Assembly (NCBI GenBank): GCA_946965045.2
Contig: OX337231.1
Span: 2,666,001-2,730,000, forward strand
Direction of reading: 5' to 3'
DNA from: Epithemia pelagica
Lineage: Eukaryota; Protista; Bacillariophyta
Length of the DNA: 64,000 nucleotides
Of this stretch, positions 1 through 11,222 are shown in pieces. A model generated the notes under the pieces. That model searched no databases and was not told the DNA's origin. It saw only the letters and a list, made by a program, of their open reading frames with translations. The first letter of the stretch is position 1. Every line of letters begins with the position of its first letter. The translations under genes were made by a program, and so were the position numbers.

Positions 1-336
1 GGCGTAGCGCAACCATAATTCCGAGGATCGATGATCGACTTCGAGGGATCGTTCGAAGATGGATCGGGCTCGTTCGTATTCTTTGTTGTCCTCTTCAAAT
101 CGCGCATATTTGACCCAATTGCCAATATGCTCACGACGATATCGAATATTGTCTTCAAAATGTTTCCGTCGATCCCTCAAGTGCGCTTGGTATTCCTCGG
201 CATCATGGATCTTGACAATGGGTTCCGGAACGTGAGCCTCTTGACGATCGGCCGCCTCCCGCAAAATTTGCTCGGACGAAATCTGAATCGCCGCCGGAGC
301 GCGGTTCTTAATTCGAGTTGCTGCCGTTCCAGACAT
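1..336 (-). CDS. CRNKL1: Crooked-neck-like splicing factor (Clf1/Syf3), 5' part; runs off the left edge
   Basis: Manual translation from ATG at 336: MSGTAATRIKNRAPAAIQISSEQILREA...WVKYARFEEDNKEYERARSIFERSLEVDHRSSELWLRYA, the Crn N-terminus plus HAT repeats. Not in the ORF track. Confidence 0.93.
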   Translation of the reverse strand, partial: MSGTAATRIKNRAPAAIQISSEQILREAADRQEAHVPEPIVKIHDAEEYQAHLRDRRKHFEDNIRYRREHIGNWVKYARFEEDNKEYERARSIFERSLEVDHRSSELWLRYA

Positions 337-1213
337 GACGGCGAAGACAACGATGATATATCTTCTTGGTGCTAGACCTCAAGGTGCGCCGTTGTGTGTC
401 TTCCATAGAGTTAACCACGGCCATTGTGTCTGCTCGTCCGAACGAATCGCGAATCCAGTCGCTGGTGAGTCCATCATCCTTCGCGCGTCCGGAACGAGAT
501 CCGGCGCGCCGGCAATGCTTTCCCGCGCTCCCGGGTATCCAAGACAATCTCAGCGACCATGACTAAACATCATTATAGATAGTCTATGGAATGTTAAACT
601 GGTAACCGATCGAGTGTGTATTGATTGTACCGTTTGTCCGTACGGCACGTGCCTATGGAGGTGCGTGGAGGGCGACAATTGACACCGCAAAACCTGGATG
701 CACTCATCGCGTGGAGTGAAAATCTCGATGCTCGGTGCACCCTTGCAGGAACAGAGAGCGAGATAGTGGACGGAGAGTGGAGAGAAAGACAAGACTTGTG
801 GAAGAACAACAATAGAGGTGTATTTGGAGGGAAACTGACAAAGAACTTGGAACAAACATTAAGACGTTGAGAGAGTATTGTGTGGATTGTTTGGGAACAA
901 GAGCAGTGTCTCATTGATAGAGCTGCAAACCAAAGAATATCCCTTCATATTGAAGCACAGTTTTTCTGTTTCACTGCACCAAACACAAACAGGTGCTTCG
1001 AGTACCTTGAAAAAAAAGCGAGTCCACAGCAAGAGGTCTTCGTAGACTCTGGATTCGCGTCTTGCGTCCATTCAGGTGGAACGAACTAGTGTTGGGAACA
1101 GCCGATCCATTTCTCCACTGGGACGCCCAAGAATAGTGATTCTCATTTTGGCACCATTGTTTTGAACGCAAACTACGAATACAGTCATGATGCTAGTGAC
1201 TGGCTGTAGTCGC

Positions 1214-3912
1214 ATGACGGAGCCCTCCTCGTCTACACCCAGTGGTAGTGCAAGTCGTTTGGCCACTCTTCCCATTCAAGAGGAAGAAGCCGAGAGCATT
1301 CTGAGTGATGAAGGATTTCGGGGAGATCGAATTCAAGGTAGGTTGGTCTCGGCGTTGTATGAAGTGAAAATTACGGTTGGAGTTGTGGAGGAAAATGCTG
1401 CGTTTGGTTTCAAGCATGGAAATGATAATTTGTCCACGTCGCTTGTCTGACACCTTTTATATGAAACCTATATTTGTTCGTTCCCATTATCTTTACAGTG
1501 GCTGTTCGAGTGCGTCCCTTGACAGTGCCCTCCAAGTCACTGCACAATGGAGATAGTAGTTCTGTGTCAACCAAGACATCGTTGTTGCCGCTGAGTCTAC
1601 GAAACATGCACCTGTCGAAGCATCATAACAGCGATGAAGCCGCAAGTGTCGTTAGTGGCAGTAGTCGAAACAGTCACAACAAGTCCTTGGCATCCACCAC
1701 TTCCTCTTGGAACCTTGTTGGACCCGATACGCTCGTATTAAAACCCTCCTCTTTGCTCGCTCGCAAAAAGACGGGACATTCCTTTACGGTGGACCACGTG
1801 TTTGACGAAGACCGCGATACGAAATCCATTTATCAAGAAATGGGTCGTCCCATTGTGCAGTCGGCCTTGACGGGTCGGAATGGAACCCTCTTTGCCTATG
1901 GACAAACGGGCAGTGGGAAAACCTTTACGTTGCAAGGCAACAGCGCGGATCACAGCCAAGACGAAAATGACGAAGAACAAGAGCACAAGGAAGGTCTCAT
2001 ACAATTGGCCATGACCGATTTGTTTGATGCAATTCATGCTAGTACCAGTCGGCAATGGGAAGTCAAGGTCCAATACTTTGAAATATACAACGAAGTTGTG
2101 CAAGATCTCATTGCTGCCACACCACCAGTCGAAAGTTCACCCCACTCTACAGTCACCACATCTTCGTCTTCCGTATCATCTTCAACACCCCTGTGGAACA
2201 GTCGCGTGGATCAAGCGAATCGTACGACAAGACGTTCTTTGAAGCAACGCTCCTCGTCCGCACCGCCTAGACCCGTCAAACCTGTGGTCCGATTGCCCAC
2301 TCTCAAAATTGTGGACCATGGCAATGGTGTAGTACACGTCAATGCTCGAGAGCAAGTCGTCACAAGTGCTGCTGAATGCGTCCGTCTGTTGCGAAAAGGC
2401 AATCGGGCTCGAGCCATGGCTGCCACGGATGCCAATCAACATTCGTCGCGCAGTCATGCCATTTTTCGAGTCTCCCTCCAAAGTAGACCTGCGTCCGAAA
2501 GCACCACTGGTCAAGGAACCGCTCCCTCGCGGCAACTGAATGAACCTAGTACCACCATCGCTGCTACCTGGCGATGGTCCGTCTTGAATTTTGTGGATTT
2601 GGCCGGATCGGAAAACAGTCGAAAGGCACTCGGATCTTCCGCGGCAGCAGCCTCCGACGCAACGAGTATCTCTTCGTACTCTTCCGCCCGGTCGTCATTG
2701 CATCGCAAACAACGCGAGGGTGGAAAAATCAATCAAGGTTTGTTGTCGCTCTCCCGCGTCATTTACGCCCTCAGTCTTCCCGAAGCCAAGCGTCCCTCGC
2801 ACATTGGATTCCGCGACTCCAAATTGACAAGGATATTACAACCCAGTTTATCGGGGAATGCCGCCATGGCAATTCTGTGTTGCGTTTCCTTGGCCAAGGC
2901 TGATATTGGCGAAACCAAGTCTTCTCTCCAGTTCGCCACCAGTGCCAAACGGATTCCCATTCAACCCATAGTCAATGAAGTTCTCTTTGGTCCCAATAGT
3001 TCTGCCAAGGAACGAGCCGAGCAAAAAGCTGCCTTTATCGAACTCCAGAACGAGATGAGGACAGTCAAGCAGGCGTTGAAAGAATTTCAAGAAAGATTCG
3101 CCCAACAACAACAAGCTCAGCAACAAGATGCGTCCTCCTCTATCACGAAACCTCAAGGACCTTCATCCGCATTAATTGTGGGGCGCCTCGCTCCTGCTGG
3201 TTCGACCACGAACTTCTCCATTTTGGATTCGTCCATGGGTTCTTCCGAGGAGACACCAACCCTTTCACCACCCGTTGAGAATAGCAACCTCTTGAAAGAC
3301 AAGCCAAACGCCTCACCTGAAGATCCCCCATTGCCTTCGCTTTCTCAATCAAGTACAAGTAACAGTCTTGTCGTTGTACACACTCCCTTGTCATCCTCTC
3401 CACTCTCACCTCCCCTTTTACCGCGACAACAGCAACGTGGTGAGGAACCTCATCTCCAACTTGCGCAACAGACACCTCAAGAAGCTAGCAGTGATGACGA
3501 GGACCATCATTTTGTGGGCCCACCACCGCCCTTGACCGAAGTGGAAATTTCGCCTCAAGACAATGGAAAGTTGGCAGTAGCGACTTTGGATGAACAACGA
3601 GCGAATTACCTCGAGGAACGTCTGGAGATGACCGAGGCCTTGGTGGAACGCATGTATACGGAACTAAACATTACTCGTCATGCGGTGATGGAATCGAGTG
3701 CACGGAATGCAGAATTGCAAGAACTGGTTGTTCAGATGCAACGGCAAATCGTGGATGAGGAAGAAGAGGAGGACGCTTCGACTGGTAGAGGTCTGTCGTC
3801 GTTTTCGGGATGGTGCATCTTAATCTGCATCCTCTTGTATGCGTTTGGGTTGCGGGATTTCTTCATTAGTGGCATTATCTTTCTCTGGTTGTCCTTGCAA
3901 GTCTTGAAGTAA
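1214..3912 (+). CDS. Kinesin motor protein (kinesin-7/CENP-E-like) with coiled coil and hydrophobic C-terminal tail; intron 1338-1498
   Basis: Motifs VAVRVRP, GQTGSGKT, SSRSH, VDLAGSE. GT-AG intron 1338-1498 joins MTEPSS...DRIQ in frame to VAVRVRPL. The start could alternatively be 1187 or 1190. Confidence 0.9.
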
Positions 3913-4724
3913 AATCTCGGGGGACTCGCTTTGTTGTTTACCTCTGATGGTGTTCTCCTGGGAACGGAGACACAACACGAGAGAACCGTCTTTGGGATGA
4001 CGGTTTAGAAGAACGAGCTCCCTCCTCGATGACAAGGTCTATTGCTTCGTGACTTTGCGGTACGTTGAGAAGCGGACACTTGTTATCATGGCACACGATA
4101 CTTTGGTTGAGTTCATGCCAACATGATTTTCGCAGCATCCTTTGGATGTTGCTTCTTTTCCGGGAACCATTGTTTCTACGAGGCAACACTTTTTCCTTGT
4201 GCAAAGTACGTGTAGTGGGTTGGGGTTGAGAATCCTAGCAACAGACGGGGTCAAAGACAGTTTTATTGCGGACCTACCTATGTAGACGATATCCCTTGGT
4301 CCAACTTGCAATACTCGGATATGCTAGAATAACGCTAGCCAAGGACATTTTATAGTATTGCCACAGTTCATTACGAGACTGACCCATGTCTCTTTTGGTT
4401 GCGATGCGGAACGGAACCTGTTCACCGTCACTTGTACAGCGACCAGGAAAACCACTGCAGTCTGCGACTTCTTCCACGAAAAGATGGACGTACCCCAGCC
4501 TCAAGGGTTGTGTTCTGCTGTCATGACTCCCCTGAGAATAACGCGGTAAACCGTCTCGTTCGTAACGATTCCTTGAAAGCAAAACTGTGACGATGTCTTT
4601 GGGTTTGGGATCTCGGTACCATTCAGCTCCATGACAGGAGAGAGCCGTTGGTGCTACATGAAATCCAAGACGACACAAGGATTCGCTTTTGCGCGCGCGC
4701 AAGTCGTCCGACTCCATGGTTGGT

Positions 4725-5645
4725 TCAACAGGGGCGGGAGAGGGTATGTTCGTACGAGGTGCCGAGTGTGGTATCTCGCGGATTCTCGGGGTCCTGTTTG
4801 TCGACTTGCCATAAAAAGGGCACCACAGTCGAGGATTCTTCTTCCAGTTTCAGTTCATACAAGTCCAATGGTCCGCCTCGTTCGTGACAGGATTCCGGCA
4901 ATTGTCCATCGACTAGATAGTCACGACGAGGGATTCGACGCCAGGAAAATCCCAACGACTTGGCCAACTGAAAAAACAAGGACACGGTCGATTCGGCACG
5001 CGTCACGAGACCCAACACAAAGACACCGGCATCACAACAAGACTTGTCCTCTTTGTTGGGGGAACGAAGCAACAAGGCTTGTATCGTCCAGAGCAAGGGT
5101 TCCAACACCGATGGCCATTGAACGACATCGGCCGCCACTACCATGGAAACCGGTCCCAATAATTGGTCTCGGAGATTTTGCAACTGGGTGCAATCTCCCC
5201 AAATCAATTCTTGGCAGGAAACCTGTACGACCGGCACACCACCACCACCAAAGGAGTGTCGTTCCACATTGTCCTGCAAGAGTGGCAAGACGGATGCATT
5301 GCCATCCGTCAAGACAACTTGACGTGGTGGGGCATGGGCGGCCACCAACCCTGGGACACCGGTTCCTCCGGCACCCAATTCGACCACAATGCCATTGGAA
5401 GATGACAGGTGACGTTGAACAGCGGTCGATGCCAAATAATGGCCCAGCAACAAGGAAATGGGCCACAAGACTTGACCCGTCAAGTCAAAGTCGGTACAGG
5501 CCGAGGAACTAGAACCAATTTCCAAATGAATCATTTACGAGCTACTTGAGCAAGACTCTTCCCCATCTTGACGAGGATCGCAATCTTTCTTGGTATTGGA
5601 GGAAGCTTCTTGCTCTTGTTGATGCTGTGGTGCATTGTCCGAACC

Positions 5646-5708
<63 letters not shown>

Positions 5709-5807
5709 GCCACTGGAGGGAGTTTCTCCTCCTTGACTGTCAAAACAGGGGATTGTGATTTTGGCCGTTGGAAAGTCTTGGACGGCAAACAATTGATCCA
5801 ATTCCAT
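4725..5807 (-). CDS. METTL21/Methyltransf_16-family protein-lysine methyltransferase; the N-terminal part with poly-His is separated from the catalytic part by an in-frame TAA (5535-5537)
   Basis: TGQVLWP, VVELGAG, LTDGN, LIWGD and AADVV motifs in 4725-5534. ORF 5535-5807 is in the same frame directly upstream. Confidence 0.8.
5648..5707. repeat. (GAT)20 microsatellite, read as 19 His on the minus strand
   Basis: Perfect 60-bp trinucleotide run counted directly. Confidence 0.97.
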
Positions 5808-6114
5808 CCTCGATTACAACCGGCAAGGCCATCTAAGAAAGGTCTTGTTCAAAAGGACTATGGAACAACATTCACCGACGACGCCGTTTTGGACCATGAG
5901 AAGGAGGGCCGCGAATTTAACGCGACTGGAAGCGAGTCGCCGAAGAGGATTCCCGCGACCAGTAACGTCAGGATACGAGCGGGGGAGGTTTTGACGATCT
6001 TTCCGATTCGTTGTGCGACCGACGAATTTCTGTGAATCCAACGTCGACGCTAAGTCCCAAAATTCTGCATTGACGACATTGACACATCTCCACCGAACAA
6101 AGACGAAAGAGACC

Positions 6115-7799
6115 ATGAAACTCCATTTCGGTAGCCTCGCTGTCGCCTTGTCGCTTTCCCCTGTTGCATGGGGAGCGTATCGCAGCGAAATCAAGGTAGG
6201 CAATTCGTTTGCGAGAAAAAAAGAGGCCAACACAAGATTGACTCCCACTCTCGTGCGTCGAGAGTGCCCTTGGCACACGATTGCCCATGAAACGAGATGG
6301 TTATAGTCCGTGTGTCTCTTTTTTCTCACCCTTTCATTCTCTTTTTTCCTTATTGCCATTCGTTGTCGTAGATTCGTGACGATGCCGTGCACAATGACTA
6401 TCACTCTCCCTTGCCGCATACCTATGTGCATTCGTCGCAATTGCCCGACAGTTTTAACTGGGCCAATATCAATGGGGTGAGCTATTTGACCCATTCCCTC
6501 AACCAACATATTCCTCAGTATTGCGGTAGTTGCTATGCTCATGGTGCCTTGTCCAGTCTGGCCGATCGAATCAAGATTGCCCGATTGGGAGAAGGAGATG
6601 ACATGTACGTGATCCGTCGTCGCTGGTGTGCCTGCTGCTTGGATTCGTAGTAGGTTGATTCTCACGTTTCTGGTTGCCTGGTGCGTCTGTGGTTGCAGCA
6701 ATTTGAGTATTCAGTTTATTTTGAATTGTGGAACCGAAGAGGCTGGTTCTTGCCATGGAGGGTACCACACTTCCACGTATGAATTTATCAAAAAGGTTGG
6801 ATACGTTCCTTATGGTAAGTCCTATTGAAACCGAACGACAAAAAGTCCCTGCTTGAGGAATCGTTTCCTAACTTCAACGGTTTCATTTCGAAATTCACAG
6901 ATACTTGCATGACGTACATGGCGTGCAGCAATGAATCTACCGAAGGTATGTTTGCTCCGTGATTGCGCTGTTGTGTTGTTTTTCCTCGACACGTTGGTTC
7001 TCATGAAAGAGGCATTTGGACGACCACGAATGTGTGTTGTTGTAGGCTTTTGTTCGCAAGTCGATACGTCTTGCAGTCCGGCCAATACCTGCCGTACCTG
7101 TGATACCTTTGCCGGCATGGGTGGCGCCTGTACCGAAATTGACTTTTTCCCCAATGCCACGGTTCACGAATACGGCATGATTGAATTTGACGACAATGTC
7201 GTGGAACGCATCATGACGGAAATTGTCGTCCGTGGACCCGTGGCGGCCACTATTAACGCCGAACCCATTGTCGAATACAAGGGTGGGGTCTTTACCGATG
7301 ATTCCTTTAGTGATGAAACCAACCATATTGTGTCCATTGTGGGATGGGGTATGGATGAAGAAACGGGATCCAAACATTGGATTATCCGCAACTCGTGGGG
7401 TACGTGTTTGTGTCAATGAGGATGTTCTTTGTGTTCTTGTTCAATGGTGTTGCTCTGTGTTTGGTCTCCTGGTCGAAACTGACACGGCTGTTGTCTTTGT
7501 CATCACCACTTTTGGTTTCTGGAATAATAATGATGCTATACCAACACACAGGCCAATACTGGGGTGAAATGGGATACATGCGCTTGGAGGTGGGAAAGAA
7601 TTTGTTGGGTATTGAAGGAGAAGTCGCTTGGGCGACTCCGGGTCAGTTTACCGTCCGCAACTTTCCCTGCAACGAAGATGGATCCAACTGTGTCATTAAA
7701 AACCGACCCGTTGTGGCCACGCAAAAATTTGAGGATCCCTCGGCCAACGTACCAGCCTTGGAACGTCGTTTGAAGACCCATGGCAACATTCGTGCCTAA
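6115..7799 (+). CDS. Secreted cathepsin X/Z-like papain-family cysteine protease, 5 introns
   Basis: Signal peptide MKLHFGSLAVALSLSPVAWG; NQHIPQYCGSC (catalytic Cys), NHIVSIVGWG (His), WIIRNSWG (Asn). GT-AG junctions rejoin the exons in frame. Confidence 0.9.
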
Positions 7800-8058
7800 C
7801 TGATGATTATGATGAAGATTGATTCGCCATGGTTGTGGATCCTCCACTTTGGCTTCTTGTATCGGCAATTGGAGAGAATGAGAAATGTTTAGGAGAGGTG
7901 AAATTACGAATTTTATGATTTATAGTGAGTATCCTTAGAGCTGGTCCAATATGGAAGCATCCAATCTGTAGCAGTAACGCACGTCCCAGGGTGTAGGCGC
8001 TTGAGCCTCTCTCACGCATCTTGCGTGTGGATGACCACCCTCCCCCACATGCTTGCTG

Positions 8059-9612
8059 CTATCTGGAATGCTGTTTCTTTCCACCGCTGCCACCATGCCT
8101 CTTTTTGGTTGGAACAGGAGCCGAAAAGGGTACCCAGTGTCGTCGTTTTTCGTGCTTCTGGCTGTCGTCCTTTTGTTGTTGTTGTTGCTGATCGACTGTA
8201 GGAGTAGTTGGTTCTAGAAACAAGCCTTCTTCTTGTTCGAGAATGGGTTTGGCTTGCTCCCACAAATGCGGCAAGTGTTGTTGCAATACCGTCCACACAT
8301 CAAGGTACAGGGGACACGTCACGTCGACGCCCGTGGGACAATAGGGATGCGTCGAGGGCAATTGCATGCGCGCCAAATGCAAGGCGACGCGTTCTCCGGG
8401 AAAGCCCAATTGTTGACGAAACAATCGATTCGTGCGACCATCCCCATGACTGGTATCGCCCACAATGGGATGAGACAAGCCATTTAAATGACGACGAATT
8501 TGATGCCATCGTCCCGTTTCCGGTCGGGCCAAGACCAAGGAGGCACGAACCGGTTCCTCCGTCAACCAATGACGGTTGCTTGTTTCATTATTATTGGTGG
8601 TGGTGGTTTCGGTGGTCAGCTGCTGTTGTTGTTGCTGCTGTGCTTGCCATTGTGTGGCCAAGTGTTGTCCAGTGGCGATAAAGCGCAGCCATGTCGTGGC
8701 ATTGTTGAGCACACCTCGAGCATCGCGAATCGGTCGATCCACCTTGAACCAACCTTCCTGGACCAAATTGCGTCCCGGCAACAACCCATTGCCACGCACC
8801 AAGGCCACATACGTCTTGCACGTGTCGGGGTAGGGACCTTGCAAGGCTTGGGCCAAGGCATGTGTACTATTCCGGTACTGTGAGATCCGATCCAGATCCA
8901 TCGTGTGTTGGTGTGGATGACCCTCCATGATTCCTCGTTCCGTATCCGTGTCATGGTGGGACTGCTGCTGCAGGTCTTCGGCATAGGTCAGGAGCAAACA
9001 TCCACTGGCCCCTCGATCCAAACGATGGACCAGATTGACCCGACGATTGGACATGGCACATCGGACCCGTTGCAAAATGGGCACTTCTTGTGTTTGACGT
9101 GAGCCTCTCCATTCACTGTGATGACACACCACACTCGGTGGTTTTTGAATCACCAACCAATGCTCGTCGTGATCCAACACCAACACGTGGCCGTGCAACA
9201 TCCTTCTGGCATCCTCCTGGTCGTCGTCGTGTGTCGTGACGGTCGTATTGTAAAAATCGTGTAATGGTATAGAGGAATGACTGGTGGTAGCTTTTAATGC
9301 TTGCAGGGAACCATGACCCTGTCCTAGCCGGGAGGTACCATGGTATCGACGTGGATTGTGGTACAAGTCTCGTTGTGGTTGTTTTCTGATCCATGGAACG
9401 GACCAGGACGATATGGATTTCCCCACCACTACCATGGCATGGCCATGCTGTTGTTGTTGTTGTCGCACCCATGGAACGAGTCTGGTTGGGTCCACACCAA
9501 AGGCAACGACCATGCCTCTGGTGGTTGCCATTGCAGTGTTTCCCTGCAGCATGATCCAACCAAGAGAAACAAAGCGAAACCAACACACTGAAAAAGGCTT
9601 CACAACTGGCAT
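8059..9612 (-). CDS. RluA/TruC-family RNA pseudouridine synthase with low-complexity insertions
   Basis: IQKPPSVVCH, VHRLDRGASG (catalytic Asp), TGRWHQIRRHL, GHPIVGD-like HPIVGD, LHLARM. Start codon uncertain. Confidence 0.88.
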   Translation of the reverse strand: MPVVKPFSVCWFRFVSLGWIMLQGNTAMATTRGMVVAFGVDPTRLVPWVRQQQQQHGHAMVVVGKSISSWSVPWIRKQPQRDLYHNPRRYHGTSRLGQGHGSLQALKATTSHSSIPLHDFYNTTVTTHDDDQEDARRMLHGHVLVLDHDEHWLVIQKPPSVVCHHSEWRGSRQTQEVPILQRVRCAMSNRRVNLVHRLDRGASGCLLLTYAEDLQQQSHHDTDTERGIMEGHPHQHTMDLDRISQYRNSTHALAQALQGPYPDTCKTYVALVRGNGLLPGRNLVQEGWFKVDRPIRDARGVLNNATTWLRFIATGQHLATQWQAQQQQQQQLTTETTTTNNNETSNRHWLTEEPVRASLVLARPETGRWHQIRRHLNGLSHPIVGDTSHGDGRTNRLFRQQLGFPGERVALHLARMQLPSTHPYCPTGVDVTCPLYLDVWTVLQQHLPHLWEQAKPILEQEEGLFLEPTTPTVDQQQQQQKDDSQKHEKRRHWVPFSAPVPTKKRHGGSGGKKQHSR

Positions 9613-9927
9613 TCCGCACTACTCTTTATAGCAATGTCTCCGTGGCGGTGAAGAATGAACCATGCATTCAAAGATCTTTGCACCAAGAACGAGCATTCGA
9701 CCAACAAGAACAGCAAGGCGATGGAACGAACATTGGTATGGAAATGTGTGGTGATGGATCTTTGGTGTCAGATTCGGGGGCAGAAGAAGGAGGCCAGATT
9801 TGGGGGCATCGGACAGAGGGGAGAGAAAGGTGGCAGAATAGGCGCCCCCTCATTTTTCTTCAAGATGTATGGGACACGTCACCAAAAAAGGTGCCGATAG
9901 TTTATTTATGAAGCCAAACAAAAGCGT

Positions 9928-10962
9928 TTGAAAAGAACGACCACAAGCATCATCATGACAAGCGCCACTGTGTTTGCAGTTCCCACAACGACTGTGTGGA
10001 TCCTCGCGAGTGTCGTCCTGCTGGGACTTCCCTCCTGGACGGTGTCCTTTTCCATCTACACGACGACAGCCAGAAGAAGGATACCTGGCACTCATCATGC
10101 CTCCTGCTTGGCAGTTCCTCACAGACCCACAACCACAACCACAACAACTAGTAGTACAGCCTTGTCGGCGGCTCTGACGGCCGGCGACCGTGTCTTGGTC
10201 GTAGGCGGAACGGGTGGAGTCGGACAATTGGTGACGCAAAAATTGCAACAACAAAGTGGTTGTGAGGTTCGTGTCACGACCCGTGATAAACAACGAGGAC
10301 AAGACACCATTGCCAATGACGCCGTGGACGTTGTCGAGGTGGATGTCGTTCAAGAATCGGTCCAGGACATTCAAACCAAGGCGTGTCAAGGAGTCTCCGG
10401 CATGGTCATTTCCGTTGGAACCACCGCCTTTCCCACGGCCAAATGGAACAATGGCAATACGCCGGATGCCATTGATCATTTGGCCGTGGCCAAATTGGTT
10501 CAAGCGGCCGCCGCCACCCCCACCATGAAACGAGTCTTGTTGGTGACCAGTATTGGGGTGGAACGGACCAGTGACTTTCCCTTTGTCATTTTAAATCTCT
10601 TTGGTGTCTTGGATGCCAAACGCAAGGGCGAAGAGGCGCTCCAGGCCGCCGCCCTCGATCCGTCCAACAATTTGGATTGTGTCATTGTTCGACCGGGACG
10701 ACTGGTCGGTGGACCCTTTACCAATTTGGACATTCCTAAATTGTTACAAGTCCAAGGAGGTGCCGAAAATGGCGTCCAATGTGCGCCGGGCGATGTCTTG
10801 GTGGGAGATTGCAAACGAGATGCCTGTGCCGAAGCCATTGTCCAAGCCTTGCTCCAAGTCCCCAGTGCCGCGAATTTGGAATTTTGCATCGTCTCGGATG
10901 ATACTCGAGCAGCACTCACCAAACAAGAATGGGAGGAAACCTTTCAAAGTCTACAATCATAG
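9928..10962 (+). CDS. Plastid-targeted NAD(P)-binding Rossmann protein (atypical SDR, Tic62/NmrA-like)
   Basis: VLVVGGTGGVG, VLLVTSIGV, IVRPGRL; hydrophobic presequence ending VSF followed by a Thr/Ser-rich transit region. Confidence 0.85.
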   Translation: MKRTTTSIIMTSATVFAVPTTTVWILASVVLLGLPSWTVSFSIYTTTARRRIPGTHHASCLAVPHRPTTTTTTTSSTALSAALTAGDRVLVVGGTGGVGQLVTQKLQQQSGCEVRVTTRDKQRGQDTIANDAVDVVEVDVVQESVQDIQTKACQGVSGMVISVGTTAFPTAKWNNGNTPDAIDHLAVAKLVQAAAATPTMKRVLLVTSIGVERTSDFPFVILNLFGVLDAKRKGEEALQAAALDPSNNLDCVIVRPGRLVGGPFTNLDIPKLLQVQGGAENGVQCAPGDVLVGDCKRDACAEAIVQALLQVPSAANLEFCIVSDDTRAALTKQEWEETFQSLQS

Positions 10963-11222
10963 AAGTAACCACTCTACTTCAAACAAAAATAAAAAAACGA
11001 GACAAGCCCATCCCAAACACCTAGGAAGGTCCGAAACAAGAGTAGTAAGCGTAGCGTCCTATTAGGATGAAGAATGTCACACAGCTGGATCTGCCCACCC
11101 AACCATGTTCGCTCCTTGTGTTGTAACTTTCCTGCTGCGTTCTGTTTCATCTCAGCTCATCTCAGCTCAGCTCCGTCGTTGTCGTCGTCCCATTCTTGGA
11201 TAACGTACTCGGTTGCTGTCTG

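Noticed and set aside
625-1089. Two same-frame short ORFs split by one stop
   Set aside because: No recognisable protein; lies in the divergent promoter region between CRNKL1 and the kinesin gene.
4631-5512. 293-aa plus-strand ORF
   Set aside because: Antisense to the methyltransferase; no recognisable domain.
5814-6701. 295-aa minus-strand ORF
   Set aside because: Overlaps cathepsin exons and introns on the opposite strand; no motifs.
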